From Pelomyxa schiedti (Eukaryota; Protista; Evosea): a stretch of DNA of 64,000 nucleotides. The notes under the pieces were generated by a model, which saw nothing but the letters and a program-made list of their open reading frames with translations, was not told the DNA's origin and made no database searches. The DNA is taken from NCBI GenBank assembly GCA_020536535.1, contig JAHLWZ010000729.1:10116-74115 (forward strand). The letters run 5' to 3'. Made by a program: the position numbers and the translations under genes. Positions 41,984 through 55,400 of this stretch are shown piece after piece (the first letter of the stretch is position 1; every line of letters begins with the position of its first letter).

Positions 41984-42544
41984 GAGTGATCTAATTTGTC
42001 ATAGGATAGAAATGAACTGATGCTAATTGAGCAAATTAGAAGAAAGCCGACAGAATGGCCAACACAAGTTGGGGTTGACAGTCAAGGATGCACGAAGGGG
42101 GGAACAATCAAAGAACAGCTTCGACCTCGAAGGTGGGCTCGAATCACACCTTCGATTCGAGCCCGGAACCAAGTAGGTTCGTCGACTGGGGGACTCAGAG
42201 ATTGGATGGTTCCTTTAAAAAACTTCATTTTTTTCTTCCGGAACTACGACACACATGGGGCAACAATCCTGTTGTTGGAAACACTTGGCTGTTACTTCCC
42301 ACATGCTTCGCCGGATTGTGTGCGCGACTCACTGTAGTTAAGGCGACCAACTTTTTGATGAAAAGGAAAAAAATAACTGGTTCTTCGGCGAAGGACAAAA
42401 AAGTCGAAGAATTCGACTTCGAAGCTTTATTCGTGCATCCTTGTGGCATTGCCATGAATGACCAACTTGTGTTGACACAGGGTTTCGAAGCCCGTTTTTT
42501 GGTCTCAAGACAAAAAGGTGCAGGATCAACTTGGAAACAATAGG

Positions 42545-44688
42545 TTAACAAGTTGATTTTGGAGGGAGAAGGTGCACTCTGGAGGGGTTTGTGCTGTTGG
42601 GTGTGGTACTGGTTGTTGTGGTGGGGGCTGTTGTGGATGGTGCTGTGTTGGCGCGGTTTCGTGGGGGTGGTTTGGGGGGTGGTGTGAGCCTGTGTGGGGG
42701 TCTGCGGTCTGTTGCTATGGTGTGTGATTGCTTGTTTGCATTTGTGGGTGGTGAGGTTCTCTTCTGTTGTGTGGAAGGACAGGTGTTTTTTCTTGGTGGT
42801 ACTGGCGGTTTGGTGGTGGCTGTGCTTGGAGTGGTTGTGGCTGGTTTTGTTGCCGTACCAGTCACGGCTGTTGTGGCTGCAGCTGTGGTTGTGCTTGTGA
42901 ATGAGGGGGTTGTAGCTACGGAAGGAGGAGTTGGACTTGCTTTAGGTTTGGTAATGGTTTCTACACTTGGCCTGGGAGGTACTCTTGAAGTAGGATAAGC
43001 CGGGAGGGTCCCGGAACGTGTTGGGCGAAGTGGAAGTGTAGCTGACTGTGTAGCGTTAGGTGGAGGGGAACGAGGCATAGGACGCGGAGGCGGTGCTGTG
43101 GTAGGTGGTGTAGATGGCGTGCCTGTGGATGGCGATGTGGGCGTCGGTGAGGGTGGAGTGGGGGGAGTCGGGGGCTGAGCCCTACGGGGGGGTGGAGGCA
43201 CTGGCCTGTTTCTTGGGGCAGTAGGGCTTGGTTTGTCCGTAGTTGCAGTTGTTGTTGGAGTTGGAGGCTGTGGTCTGCTCTGAGTTGTGGCTGGATTTAC
43301 TTCTGTGGAATTGTGAGTAGTTGATGACCTGCCAGTTTTCATTATTTTCCCAGGTGGGGGTGCATTGGAGGATGGGGGGCCTCTTGGAAAAGAGTTCGCA
43401 GGTGGTTTTTGACGGTTATGTTGCATGGTTGATGCTGCTTGATGCGACGATGCAGCAGTTGAAGGTGCTGAAAGAGGGGATGCAGTAGGCGTTGTACATG
43501 ATGCGGTGGAGGGTGTTGAAGGAAGGTTTTCTTCCGAGAAAACCTTTATTTCACTTGGTTGAGAGGAAATAATTTCTTCTACAATTCCCTGTTTTGTGTA
43601 AGAATTAGACAACACGAATTATAACAAACCGCAAATATTGCTTCACTGTGTTCAATGCAAAATTTCACGAGTTCGATAGAGAACCGTGAATCTTGTATAG
43701 TCAGAGATACATCTTGTTGTTGTGGTCTCACTATGCCTGGACCAATAACTTGGAATGGTTAACAGTGTTTCTTGCATTAGAAGGGAGACCCTACTTAGCG
43801 CTAAGTTTTCAGGGCGCATTTGATTTTGCGACGAGTACTTTGACACTTGCTTGAAAAACGTGAATAAGTGCTTCACAATTGCCACGCGGTGCCTATTTAA
43901 TGTTGACATTGACATTTTGCTTTGACTTGTGAGTGGGTGTGTTATTTTTGTGGATACGATAATATGTTGGTTTGAAAAGGGTGTCAATTTGTGCATTACT
44001 GTTAGTGTTGGGGGTCACCAGGGCAGAAAAAGGAGAATCTGCCTAAGTTTTCTTATCTTTACTTCGTTTTCAGTAATTCCTGATGAGAACTCAATAAAGG
44101 GTCAACTTTCAACATAGTTAATCACCTGTTACTGCTATAAACATGTCATACTGTAGAAAAAAAATTACGACCCAAAAATGGTAGAAACGGGAGGGGGACA
44201 AACGAGTTCAGAAGTCATCAACGCATCTGGCAGTTCTCTACAATAAACTGAATTAAGGGTGCATGTACAAATTTGGATATGTGAATAACCTTAGCCACAA
44301 CTTCAATAAACACGCAGCCAAGTGGGGATCTTTCGCCGCAAGTGTGCGCATTAAATCCACATGCTCACCGGAATCGTACCGTGACTTTATATTTTGAACT
44401 GAGTTTATACTAGCCGACTGCCTAAAGATCCCTTCTGTCTGCAAAAACCACAACCGTTAATACGAAAATAATAATAACAAAACAAACATAGAAGACAATA
44501 AGCAGCAGTGAATTGCAAAAGAGGGCCGGGGCGGGGGGACGGTGACACACCGATAGAAGGGTCTCAGAGACAGGCGAGTCCAAAAACAACTTTGTTACAT
44601 CTCCCACCACCCACGGAATAGCATCTTCCTCGTGGAATTTGCCGTCGGCCCGTCGCGGAGGCGGCTTTACGTCTCTGCCGAACATCAT
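42545..44688 (-). CDS. RhoGAP-domain protein with long Pro/Thr-rich C-terminus, multi-exon
   Basis: MFGRDV...IPWVV, arginine finger TEGIFRQSA, DPHLAACLLKLWLRELPD, NQMRPENLA. Confidence 0.92.
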
Positions 44689-44799
44689 TCTCGTTACAAC
44701 TGCAGGTTTTTTACCCTTTTCTCGCAATTTTTTTTTGTTTCTTTTTTCTCTGTCGTCGCTAGTTCTCTCATTTTGAAGATTGCGTTCCATAAAGGCCAG

Positions 44800-46291
44800 A
44801 GTTCAGATCTGGATAGTGCATGCGCCCGAAACAAAAGATTGGATCTCAAAGCTGCCATTCACAGGTATTGGAGTACTCGCGTGAGATTGGTTGTGTAGTC
44901 TCCTGTCCAATTGATGCTGAAGGTAGAATAAGGCCGAGAATTAAGGAAGAGGGTATCAACCTGTTCAGGCAGACACAGAGTTCATATGGGGTTATTAGTG
45001 GTTTATGAAATTGGTTTGCCTGGTTCCTCACAGTATTAAACGTGCAGGATAGTACAACAAAAACCTTTGGAAATGTTGGGAGTAGTGTCAGGGGAAGGGG
45101 TTTACTTACATCCACGTCAGGAAAATTCGCTAGTTTGTATTCATTTATTGCTCCAACAGATAAAACTATGCACGATTTTCCTGCACCCTCTATTATTGAG
45201 CGCAGAGGTGCAATTGCTTTTTCAATGGTTGAATTGGCAGGAGATGTCACTAATGCAACTGTAGATGCAGATTGTAGTGCCTTGATACCAATTGCGTAAC
45301 GTCGGGAGACGATTCTACTTCCATTTGCCTGATTTGTAGTTCCAGTATTGGGATTGTAGCAAGTTACCTGATTTATCTTTTAATATCACCTCAAACTACT
45401 GACGTACTTACATTCATCATTGGAAAGTTCAACAGCAAGTTCTCAAAAGTACGGGATTCCGGAGAACCAATAAATACTATCTGAGAAATCGGACTAGGTA
45501 AGACTGCCCTCCGACCACAGAAAGACCAGACAGTGCAGCTTGTATCAGTACTGTTGTCTGAAGTGGCACCCTGAGGTAAGCGATTTAGGGGTGTCTCTCA
45601 CAAGAAAAGTACAGTGCATGAAGATGACATAATATCATTATCAAGGCTAGCAACGATAAAATTGGGTCTACTGAGAAGCGCGGTTTTGAGTTCTGCACAG
45701 TGATGCAGGTAGGGAGCATCTGGGAAAACGAGGCAACAACCGGAATCGATTTCCACTCTTGAACAGAATGAAGTGAACTCGGAACAATTCAGAGGAGAGT
45801 GGCCAAAGACATAGAATGTAGGAATTTTCGATTTCCTAAGTGTTCAACGATAGTCACGAACCGAGCGGAAAGGAGTTCAGAGACCTACCAACTCAAGCAA
45901 GAGGTGCCGAATAATATTGCAGCCGTAGCGCCAACGTGAGCAGCAGCAGTCTGGTACAATCGTCAAGTGACGCCCATTGGTTTGTTATTTTGGAGTGGGA
46001 AGTGTGCCTCGTCCACGCAGCAGGTGACAACTGGGTCCCCGATCAAATAAACCTACCCGGTGTGACGCAATAGCAACTGCGTTAGTGACGGCATCATCAC
46101 CACATAACGAAAGGCAGCAGTGGCACCTCAGGCGCGAAACCAGCAGACGAGCGGACGGCTTCCTCGAGCTCTGATACAATCCGAGGGCCCTGCGTGAGCT
46201 GCTCCGCATCGGCAAACTGGACACAGACCCTACGGTACCCACCCCGCGCCACAAACTCCACGGCACTCGGCGGCACAACAATCTTCTCCAT
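44800..46291 (-). CDS. DPH2: Diphthamide biosynthesis protein (Dph2-like), multi-exon; 3' end approximate
   Basis: FVARGGYRRVCVQFAD; GAINEYKLANFPDVD..FVVLSC...FHKPLITPYEL. Confidence 0.85.
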
Positions 46292-46368
46292 TCCCTGCCC
46301 CGGCTCTGATTTCGTCGGATCTGATCGCCAACAGGTTGGTTTTTTTTTTTTTTGTGTGGCAGCGACAA

Positions 46369-49300
46369 ATGAGCCAGGCTTGGTGGGAAGGTGGCAGCGT
46401 GTCGTCCTCCGAAGAAAGTGGCGACGACGACCCCTTCGCGGCGGCCGACAGGGACTTCGATGTGCTGCGCCTCCCTGACCGGGAGCCAGTCGCAGCCTCC
46501 CCGGCGCACCCTGTGCCCTGCACCCGTCCCTCTTCGTCACCAACTGCTCTGCCCCCGGCGTCCAAGTCCGCCCCCTCGACGCCGCTCTCCAGCCACACTG
46601 CGTGGTCGTCGTCCTATTCGTCGTCGTCATCCGCATCCGCGGCCACACGCGCTACAATGGGGCCACCCACGCACCACGTCGCAGTGGGGGGCACGCCAAA
46701 GTCGAGCCTCCAGACCTCCACCAACAGCAACAGCAGCAGCAACAACAGCAAGCGTTGGAGTCCTGTTCCACCAACTCCCAAAAGAACCTCTACCTCGCCG
46801 TCGCCATCTGTATTACCTGCGTCACGTAGTGGCACTACCACGGCAGCGACTAGTAATACTACCGCGAGCAGCATTAGCAGGAGCGGCAGTACGGTCCAGC
46901 AGAATCAGCAGCAGCAGCAGCAGCAGCAGTCCTGTACCCCTGTGACTGTGAGCGCCAGTGGGGGCACCCATTGCAATCCAGTTGACATTGTGTGTGTGGA
47001 CTCTCCTGATTCCCCGGGGGCGCCTCCGCCTCCCCCACCTCCGCCTCCACCTCCTTCTAACCCGCACCCGGCTCCTTCATCGGCATTGGGCGGCGCTGAT
47101 TTCAAGAAGCCGCCGCTGACTGAGGAGCAGAAGGCACGGATGGAACAGAACCGGCTCGAAGCCATTAGGAGGAGGCGACTTCTTCTAGAAAGCCGTCAGC
47201 AACAGCAACAGGAACCGCAACAGGCGAATCCACTTCCTGAACCTAAGCAGTGGTTTGAAATGCAAAAACCACAGAAGAGTTGGAACAATCCTTCTCATAA
47301 TGCTATCATGATGGAGGCTCAGGAGCAGTACAGAAAGCACCAACAGTTGCACAACATGTGCATGGTGCAGGAGAGACAACTCCAGAAGAGACCTGGCAGT
47401 TCTAGCGGCTACAGTGGCTGGGTTGTCAAGGCAAAGCACATTCAATTTGACTCCCCAGTCAAGGATATGAAGATTAAGAGCCAGTCTTCAAAACAACCAA
47501 ATCTCCCAAGCCATGGGCTGGACCAAGTCCTGGCGGATTCTGCGAGTCGCACTTGCCCACAGTCTGACAATAAGCCTGTGTGCCATTGTGATCCAGGTTG
47601 TTGTCACTCAGATGAAACACGTGGAAGCCTTTCACATACAGGGGCAGATATTCACACAGATGCAGACCACGCCCCACCATTAGACCCTGTAGATTGTACT
47701 CATGTTTTGGGTGATGGAGAACCCACAGCTATCTCTGGAAACACTGGTAATATAAACGGTGATACATCCTATGACGTGTGTTCCACAACAACCTTCCCAC
47801 ACTGTGATGACCTCTGTGCTGATGAAGATAACCGTATCCCACATACTTCTGGCAACGAGGGCACTCCTGACAGTGATTCTGGTAAAACCAAGATAACTAC
47901 TGCTTCCCCCACAAACCGTCATCGTGGTGTAAGTTTAGCTGCTGCCTTGATTCGAAGTCACAAGGCACATAGAACTGAAAATGTGTTAGATACCCCTCTC
48001 AAAGGGCTCTCGAAAAAACTACTGTCTTCCCAGACTCCTACCTCTTCGTGGCAACTAAAAAAAACACCCAAGGCATCAAAATATGGCCTTCTGAATCACT
48101 CTAACACCGTTACGGATGACCCCTCACTTCTTCAACCAAGTACAATATCACCACCTCCTCCAAAGAAGACACGTCTGGGGGTAACTCCCCCGGACACCCC
48201 TCAGTATGAAGCTGACCTCTTCACTTTACATCGTTTGATTTCTTTCCAGGCCTGCAGATCACTGGGCAGAGTTCCAGGAGTTTGTTGCCATGTCCACCCT
48301 TCATCATGTATATATTGCACTTTCATGGGACCCTGATTGTACAAGCTTTCGGAACAAACATACGGTTCACACATTAGTTCCCACTCCTACCTAATAAGGT
48401 GCAGGGTACAACAAGAGCTGATTTTGACCACACTCAAGGTAGTAATATACTGCCTCTTCATTGCCAATATTCTTTACCCATACTTCAGTTATTTCATTCC
48501 TCATGGACTCTGGTACAGAAAGAAAACTATTCCATTTACCTCTCAAATCAAAGAAACCGTCTGTCACTTCAATTGCGTTTGTAACGTAACCTATCCAATA
48601 GAATTGTTCCTGTAGAAACCCGCGTGTCATTGTTGCAATCTCTTTTCAGTAATGAACACATACGCAAAGTCTGCTATTGTGCACAAGATGTTTTCAAGGT
48701 GATAAAACACTTTGGTGTCCCAGGTACATGACAAGAACTTGAGTATTGACGGTCTTAACTTTGGAAAGGTCCCTGGAAAAACTGCCAGTGTACACTTGTG
48801 GCAGGTACCATATATTCATTCTCCCCTCTCCTTACTGTTACTATGTACCAGCCTGGGTGCTAGAACCTGATACTCCAGAAGAAGATCTCAATTTTGCAGA
48901 ATTGTGTTACAAATTTCTTCATAAAACTGATGAACCAGATGCAAATCACTTTACCAATCTCTCCAAACTCGCTCCTGGTAATAAACCTTCATTCCACCAA
49001 TTTAGTGTGTCATCTTGAATAGATATCTCCCTGTGCAAATCACTTATGGAGGTACTGAACCAGAAGATGGCCACGAACAATCTTGAGGAAGTATACAACC
49101 GAGAAATGGAGGTACAATCTATTTAATTTGAATAGAACTCAACATAATGGCGAAAACAGTTAATTCCTGTACTTGCAAGTACGGTTTTCCTGTCTATACA
49201 AGAGGCACTAAAATATTCACGAAGGTATGGAACTCTATGGCATTGGGTTTGACAAGCGTAGTTTGGGTTGTTACCGTGAAGAGCTTGAGGTTAATGAATA

Positions 49301-51100
49301 CTACACTTCCTTCCTAAATTTGATAATAGGGTCGGCTGCAAGAGCTCACCTTGCAGGCCCAACAGTACTCCACTTCCCCTGTCAACCTGGGTAGCCCAAA
49401 ACAGGTGGCAAATATACTCTTCGAGCGTTTGAATCTTAAATTACCATCAAGTATGATGCTTTTTGACTCACCCGTATTTACTGTTGCAGGTGCAAAAACG
49501 AACTCGAAGTCGAGTACATCCGAGAGTGTCCTAACTCTCTTAGCCCCCATGCATCCCTTTCCTAGACTTGTAATGGGTTTGTAGAGCCCCCTATTTGCAA
49601 TGCTAACTAAAACCTTTAGATTATCGCCATTGCCAAAAAATTCTATCCAACTGGGTTTTAGCTTTAGAAGCCAAAGCAATCAAAGATGATGTGTGTCAAG
49701 AGAGAATCTTTTTTAGCACCTCATTATGTAGAATCCAGGTTCTTGGAGAATTAAAACTCAATGGAGTTCTATATCGACTGGGACGGGAAGACTGGCCTCC
49801 TCAAACCCCGTTAGCCCTATCTCAACCCTGAGGCCGGACTAACTTTTCCTTTTACAACAGAACTTACAAAATCTTCCCAGGACAGTGTTCAAACTAAAAC
49901 CCTCGTCCGATATTGGCACCCAAAACGAGATTCATATAAATGTCCGTGACGCCTTTGCGTGCACTGAGGGGTAGTTTTTGTTAACATACCTGGGCTAACT
50001 CTTTTTGCAGGAAAATTTTTGTTGTGGCAGATTACTCACAAATAGAATTGCGTGTTCTTGCTCATGTAAGCAAAGATGAGTATTTGATCAATGCTTTTAC
50101 TGCAGGCAACAATTATGACATTCACAAGTCAGTTGCCAGCCATATATTCGGTTCCACCCCAATCTCATTTTTACCTTAACACAAAACAGGTAAGCAAAAA
50201 GATGAAATATCTGATGAAGAAAGAAACCGAGCCAAGCGAATAGTTTTTGGAATTCTTTATGGAATGGGTATATTTGACTATCTTCTATTTCTTTCTTCAT
50301 TCTCCAAAACAGGTCCCCATACATTGGCTTCGTTACTGAAAGTCCCAATGAAAACTGCATCTGCCTTTATTCAATCTTTTCTCAACAAGGTAATTGGAGC
50401 ACAGTCTCCGTTCTCCCTTTTAATTACTGGTTCCAGTTCCCTCGTGTATCTTCTTTTATAAAAGAAACTCGCTCACAAGCGAGGAGGGACCAATATATAC
50501 AAACAATCACTGGCACTAAAAGAAACTTTGAAAAAATAAACACGGCAGCAATGCGTGCACGCTGCGAAAGACAGGCAGTAAATTCCGTGATACAGGGTAG
50601 TGCTGCAGACATTGTAGTGTTAATCCTACTTTCCATAATACTGCTGACGTGATCGTATAGACAAAATTAGCTATGCTCAAACTAAGCTCCGCCCTTTCAT
50701 CGATTCCGCAAAGTGAACTCGTTTTACAAATTCACGACGAGCTTGTGGTAACCACCCTCTCACCACAAAAACCACAAAACCAACCAACAACACACAGATT
50801 GAGGTTCCCAAAGAATCCAAGGACGCGGCGGCCGAAATCCTAAAGAGTAGCATGGAGACCGCGCTGCCTCTGCTAGTGCCCCTCGTGGTTCACCTCTCCA
50901 CCGGCACCAGGTGGGGCTCCCTTGTGCCCTATAAGCCACCGTCATCCTTGCCTGGAGGAGGAGATGGAGATGGGGATGGGGATGGAGAAGGGGCGGGAGC
51001 CTGCGCTTCCACAAGCACAAGTGCTGCAGCAGTCGATGACCCCGACGACGATGACGACTTTGCCTTGCGTTTCCTGCACTCTGACTTCGGGGACGAATGA
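46369..51100 (+). CDS. Family A DNA polymerase (Pol nu/theta-like, no helicase) with long disordered N-terminus, multi-exon
   Basis: [31 protein letters not shown] (motif A), [14 protein letters not shown] (motif B), [22 protein letters not shown] (motif C), [16 protein letters not shown]. Confidence 0.93.
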
Positions 51101-51487
51101 TGCCCTCTTTGAGGAAGGAAACAACACGAAATTCAACTGCAGAAAAATCAACCAAATTTCGGGCACTTATTTTCGTCCAGTAGGACCCCATCACAATTTT
51201 CTAAACAAATTGGATGCAAGGAGCAGCGAGGAGCGGTGGGGATGTAATAAGCCTGCACGGAAAGTGCTTGCGTATATGGAGAGACGAGGAAGCCCATGTG
51301 AGGCCTATGTTGGTGAAATTGACTGCCGAGAGGCGGGCAAATTTGCCAAAGTGGTCGTCATTTGTGTGCGTGTGTCTTCTTTTTCCTGACCACGGTGGAT
51401 GCATTTTTTACTTTTTTTTTTTTTTCTTTCTTTCTTTCTTTCTTTCTTTTTGAAAGGGAGGTGTATGAGAGAGCGGCGGTGTTTTTG

Positions 51488-52189
51488 ATGAGAATGGAGT
51501 GCCCTAGAGTGTTAGACTTATTGGGCAGGAGTCACGAGAGAGGAGGGAGTTCTGAGGTTGAACCGTGCAAGGAAGAAATTGATTACATAATGACGGCATT
51601 CACTGCGATATTCGATGTGGCAATTTTAGAAGACTCGCGGGTTTCTTTCCTTTTCGGTGCTCTCATGTTATCCTAACATAAACCAAGGAGGCTGTGGGAG
51701 ATATGCAAGACGTTTACTTAAAAGAGGAATGGTTTGTCAATAAGCAGTGGCTGGATCATTTCAATGACCTACTTTCTCGAAGTACGTTCTCTCATTACGT
51801 TTCCTAGTTACTCATTGGGTCACCTAATCATAAACACTCCAAAGCCTAGTGAGTTCAGGACAAGTACACCTCGAACCGTTGAATACCTTTCTCGATGGGC
51901 CTTATCCTTCACCACCTCTGCGGTACGCGAAAGAAGAGACCCTAAGCTACATTCACGGCAATTCCCGAGACAGAATCACAGTTTGTTTTTCCTCCCTCTA
52001 AATCCCAACAATACGATTCACAAGATACAAATAACCTACTTGCAAAATTCTCACCACCCTAACTACTTTGTAGATAGCACCTGACTACACACCCTGGGAT
52101 GAGATTTTCACAGTTACCGAAATAGTTAGAAAGCGTGCAGCCCCACCTCCAAAACAAGAAGCCACAGAGTCTCCCATTTCTACAGATAG
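51488..52189 (+). CDS. Small hypothetical protein, multi-exon
   Basis: ATG after a T-rich leader; plausible GT-AG introns joining MECPRVLDLL..., EAVGDMQDVYL... and IAPDYTPWDE...FYR*; no family recognised. Confidence 0.5.
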
Positions 52190-52457
52190 CAAAAGAAGAA
52201 GGTGTGGTCTAATGTAAACAAAGAAGAAAAAAAAAAAAAACACAATACAATTTTATTTGCAGTAGAGGGAAAGTGGGAAATAAATAAAACAAAAGGAAGA
52301 GGTCAGACAGCACCACACCAGCTCTGCTGGAATTGGCGTGGAGGGTCATCTGACGTCGTAATTGTAAGCAGCATCACATCCTTGTCATCCATTCCAGGCC
52401 AGATTATTGTGGGAAGCTTCACATTTCTTGTGTGGTTGGCAGGGAGCCGAGGTCAAG

Positions 52458-55400
52458 TCACAGGTGGAAACTGCCACCACTAGAAGTTGATGATGAAGTT
52501 GCTGTGGAGGCGTTGGATGATGAGGTGTTGGTACTGTTGCTGAGTGTTGGGTTGTGTATGTACGGTCCGTACCCCGATTGGGCCGGCAAAGGGTTTGGTG
52601 AATAGTGAGCTGTGGGTGGTGTACTGCCGAGGACAAGGGCGCCGTCACTGCTGTCCTTCTTCGAGAATTTCCAGAACCGGTGTTTCTTTTCAGGTGGTGT
52701 GTCTCGGTGAGTGTGAGGCATTTTCACATCTGGGTGGCCTTTGGGCTTGTTAGTGCTGTTGATAGCTCCATCTTTTTTCTTGTGGTGCGAGGAAACTGGG
52801 GCAGTGGCAGTTGTGCTACTGTTTGGGGAGCCAAAGCTGCTTGCACTGCTGGCGGGTGAAGAGAATGCGACGGGATTTGAGTGTGGTGATAGTGGAGGAG
52901 AGTTCTTGATCCCCTTTTTGCTCGAGTTCGGAGTTGCCGATGGTTTGGGAAAGAGTGCCTGGTATTGCTGCTCTAGCAGCATACGAAAATGGGTTTGAAT
53001 CTCCTTCTTCAAAGTACTTTTTGGAAAAAAGTTAGCTGAATGCTTGAGAAGAATTTATACCTGTTGGCGTTGCCATCTAAGGAAGAGACATAGTAATAGG
53101 TAGCCCAAACAAGTTGTTTGTGAACGTTGATAGTTTCGGCAAGTTCATTCTAAACATAGTGAGCAAGACTTTGCTTATTGTGTTTTGATACGCAACTGAT
53201 ATTGCCTTGTTACTAGCAGCATACATATCAAACTGTAATTTGATTTTTTCCTTTTCCAACTCAAGTTGCTTGTTACGGCGCTCCAGAGCCGCGATTTGCT
53301 CCTGGAGATTTGTAATATTGTTGTTGCTCGTATTTGTGTCCGGGAAGCCAGGAAGATGTGGCTTCGAACTTTGCTTGCCAGTTTCGGATGAGAGATTTGG
53401 TCCGCGCGTTGATGCTATTTTAGTGGTTGGTGTGTTAGTGAAGGATGAAAGACCAGACCAAGGTTGCGCATAGTTCTCGTCCTTTGATAGAAACTCACAC
53501 TTCTTTTAACTTCCGCGACATCCATTTGCATTCTGGCTTCCTACATAGAATAAGGAGCTTTTCGAGTGAAGGGTTAGAAATGGAAAGAGAACATGTCGGT
53601 GCAGGCGGAAAAGGGGGTGTTGCAGGAGGGCTGCTGCTGAAGGTCTATCCTCGGGATTTTTTATAAAACACTTCCTGAGAAAGTCTTGCATTTCCTAGCC
53701 GAAGGTTATTAATTCTCCATTAATAATTATATGATGAGACCAGGGAAATGTCGGTTGGAAGAGGGATTTCTTCCTGTACAATCTTATACATTGCGGTCAT
53801 TGGTGGTGATCTTTATTAAGAGAGATCAGAAGTGTAGTAATGAATGCTGGAATTGAACCCATAGAAAGGTGGCGATCCAGAAAGTAGCTCGATTATAGTG
53901 CACCCCAGACTCCTTTCATGTTGTTTAATATCGATTTCAATCACCAGAAAAGGAGTGATACCAAATATCTGATGCTGCGCAATGGCCTTCTCGTTGGATG
54001 ATTTCAGGGCTCACTAACAATGTCATTAGCATGTTTCTCGAAAATTGTCATTTTCCATACTCCAGTATGGGGAGCCAACAACACTGAAGTGCTTATTGTT
54101 TTCTTTTATGACTGCAGCCACTCCAAAATCTTTCTTGAAGGTCAGCAGCGAAGTATAGAAAGAACATCTTACCAGCGAGTTTCACTCCCCCTGACCTTGA
54201 CAGCAAAACATTACCTAAGGTGGTGAATGAAAATGCAAGAAATCAAAAGTGATTACCAGCCTTCAAGTCCCTTTTTTTTTTTTTTTGGGTGAGGATTGCT
54301 GAAGAAAAAATTGAAAAGTAGAAACCTATGTATGACATTTTCTTCATGAAGATATTTTACAGCATGCAGAACCTGGTTAAACCCTCAGTTACATTCTCAT
54401 TAAGGGGAACTACTTGCTCAGTGTATAATGCTACAAGTGGTTCTGGTAGTGAACCAAATTCTCTCACAAGGTTAGACAGTGAGCCATTTTCTGCGTATCT
54501 GTGGAGAATAAATTCAATACTGCCCCGAAGTAATTGGAAAACTTACTCAAGTATAATATACAAATGTGAGTTCATTTCGTGCTGTCCAAGAACTCTGACA
54601 ATGTGAGGGTGTGTAAGTTTCTGCAACAAGTCTATCTCGGCCTAAACATACTTGTGTTGGAAATTGGAAAGGAGTGGAAAGTTGCCTTGATGGAATTCGA
54701 AGCCTCTCTTGACATAGAAGTAGAATCAACTCTTTTGAGAGCAACTACTTCTCCACAGTACTCTCCACTCTCAATTAGTCCCTTCAACACAACAGCAGTT
54801 GCTCCACGGCCAATTGTTTCACCCACAGACTGTAATGATGAATATGAAAAGAAAAAAAGAGGAGGAAAGTACAATTTTTCCAACTGGTGCTGTCAGTACC
54901 AATCGTTTAGATGGTGTGTCACCCAATGGGTCAACCATTGAAGACATGGTTCCTGTTGCACCATCCAAGTCACTTCCATCAGTGTTGCTGTTTGTTCCAC
55001 TACCAGATCCATCATCGTTGTCACTTTCGCTCCCCGGCTTAGGGCCATCCAATCTACTTTTTGCTCCGCATATATCACTAAGAGATCGTTGGCGAACCGG
55101 TTGGTCACATTGTTGCTCAAATAGATCAAGTTGTAGACAATGGCAACTGCACAAACATGCTGGAGGCCCAGCACACGGGTGAGTGGGGCAAGTACAACCA
55201 TCTGAAGAGTCAGAGGAGTTATCTGTAGAGTGAAAGGAGGAGGAAGAGGGTGAAGAGCAAGGAGACGTGGAAGATGCTCCCCGCGAGACAGATACTGGTG
55301 TTGGAATAGGGTTGGATGGTGGGTTGACAGGTGGAGGAATATTGACAGGGACCGAGACAGGTTGACGGACTGTCTGGGAGGATGAAGAGGTATAAGTATA

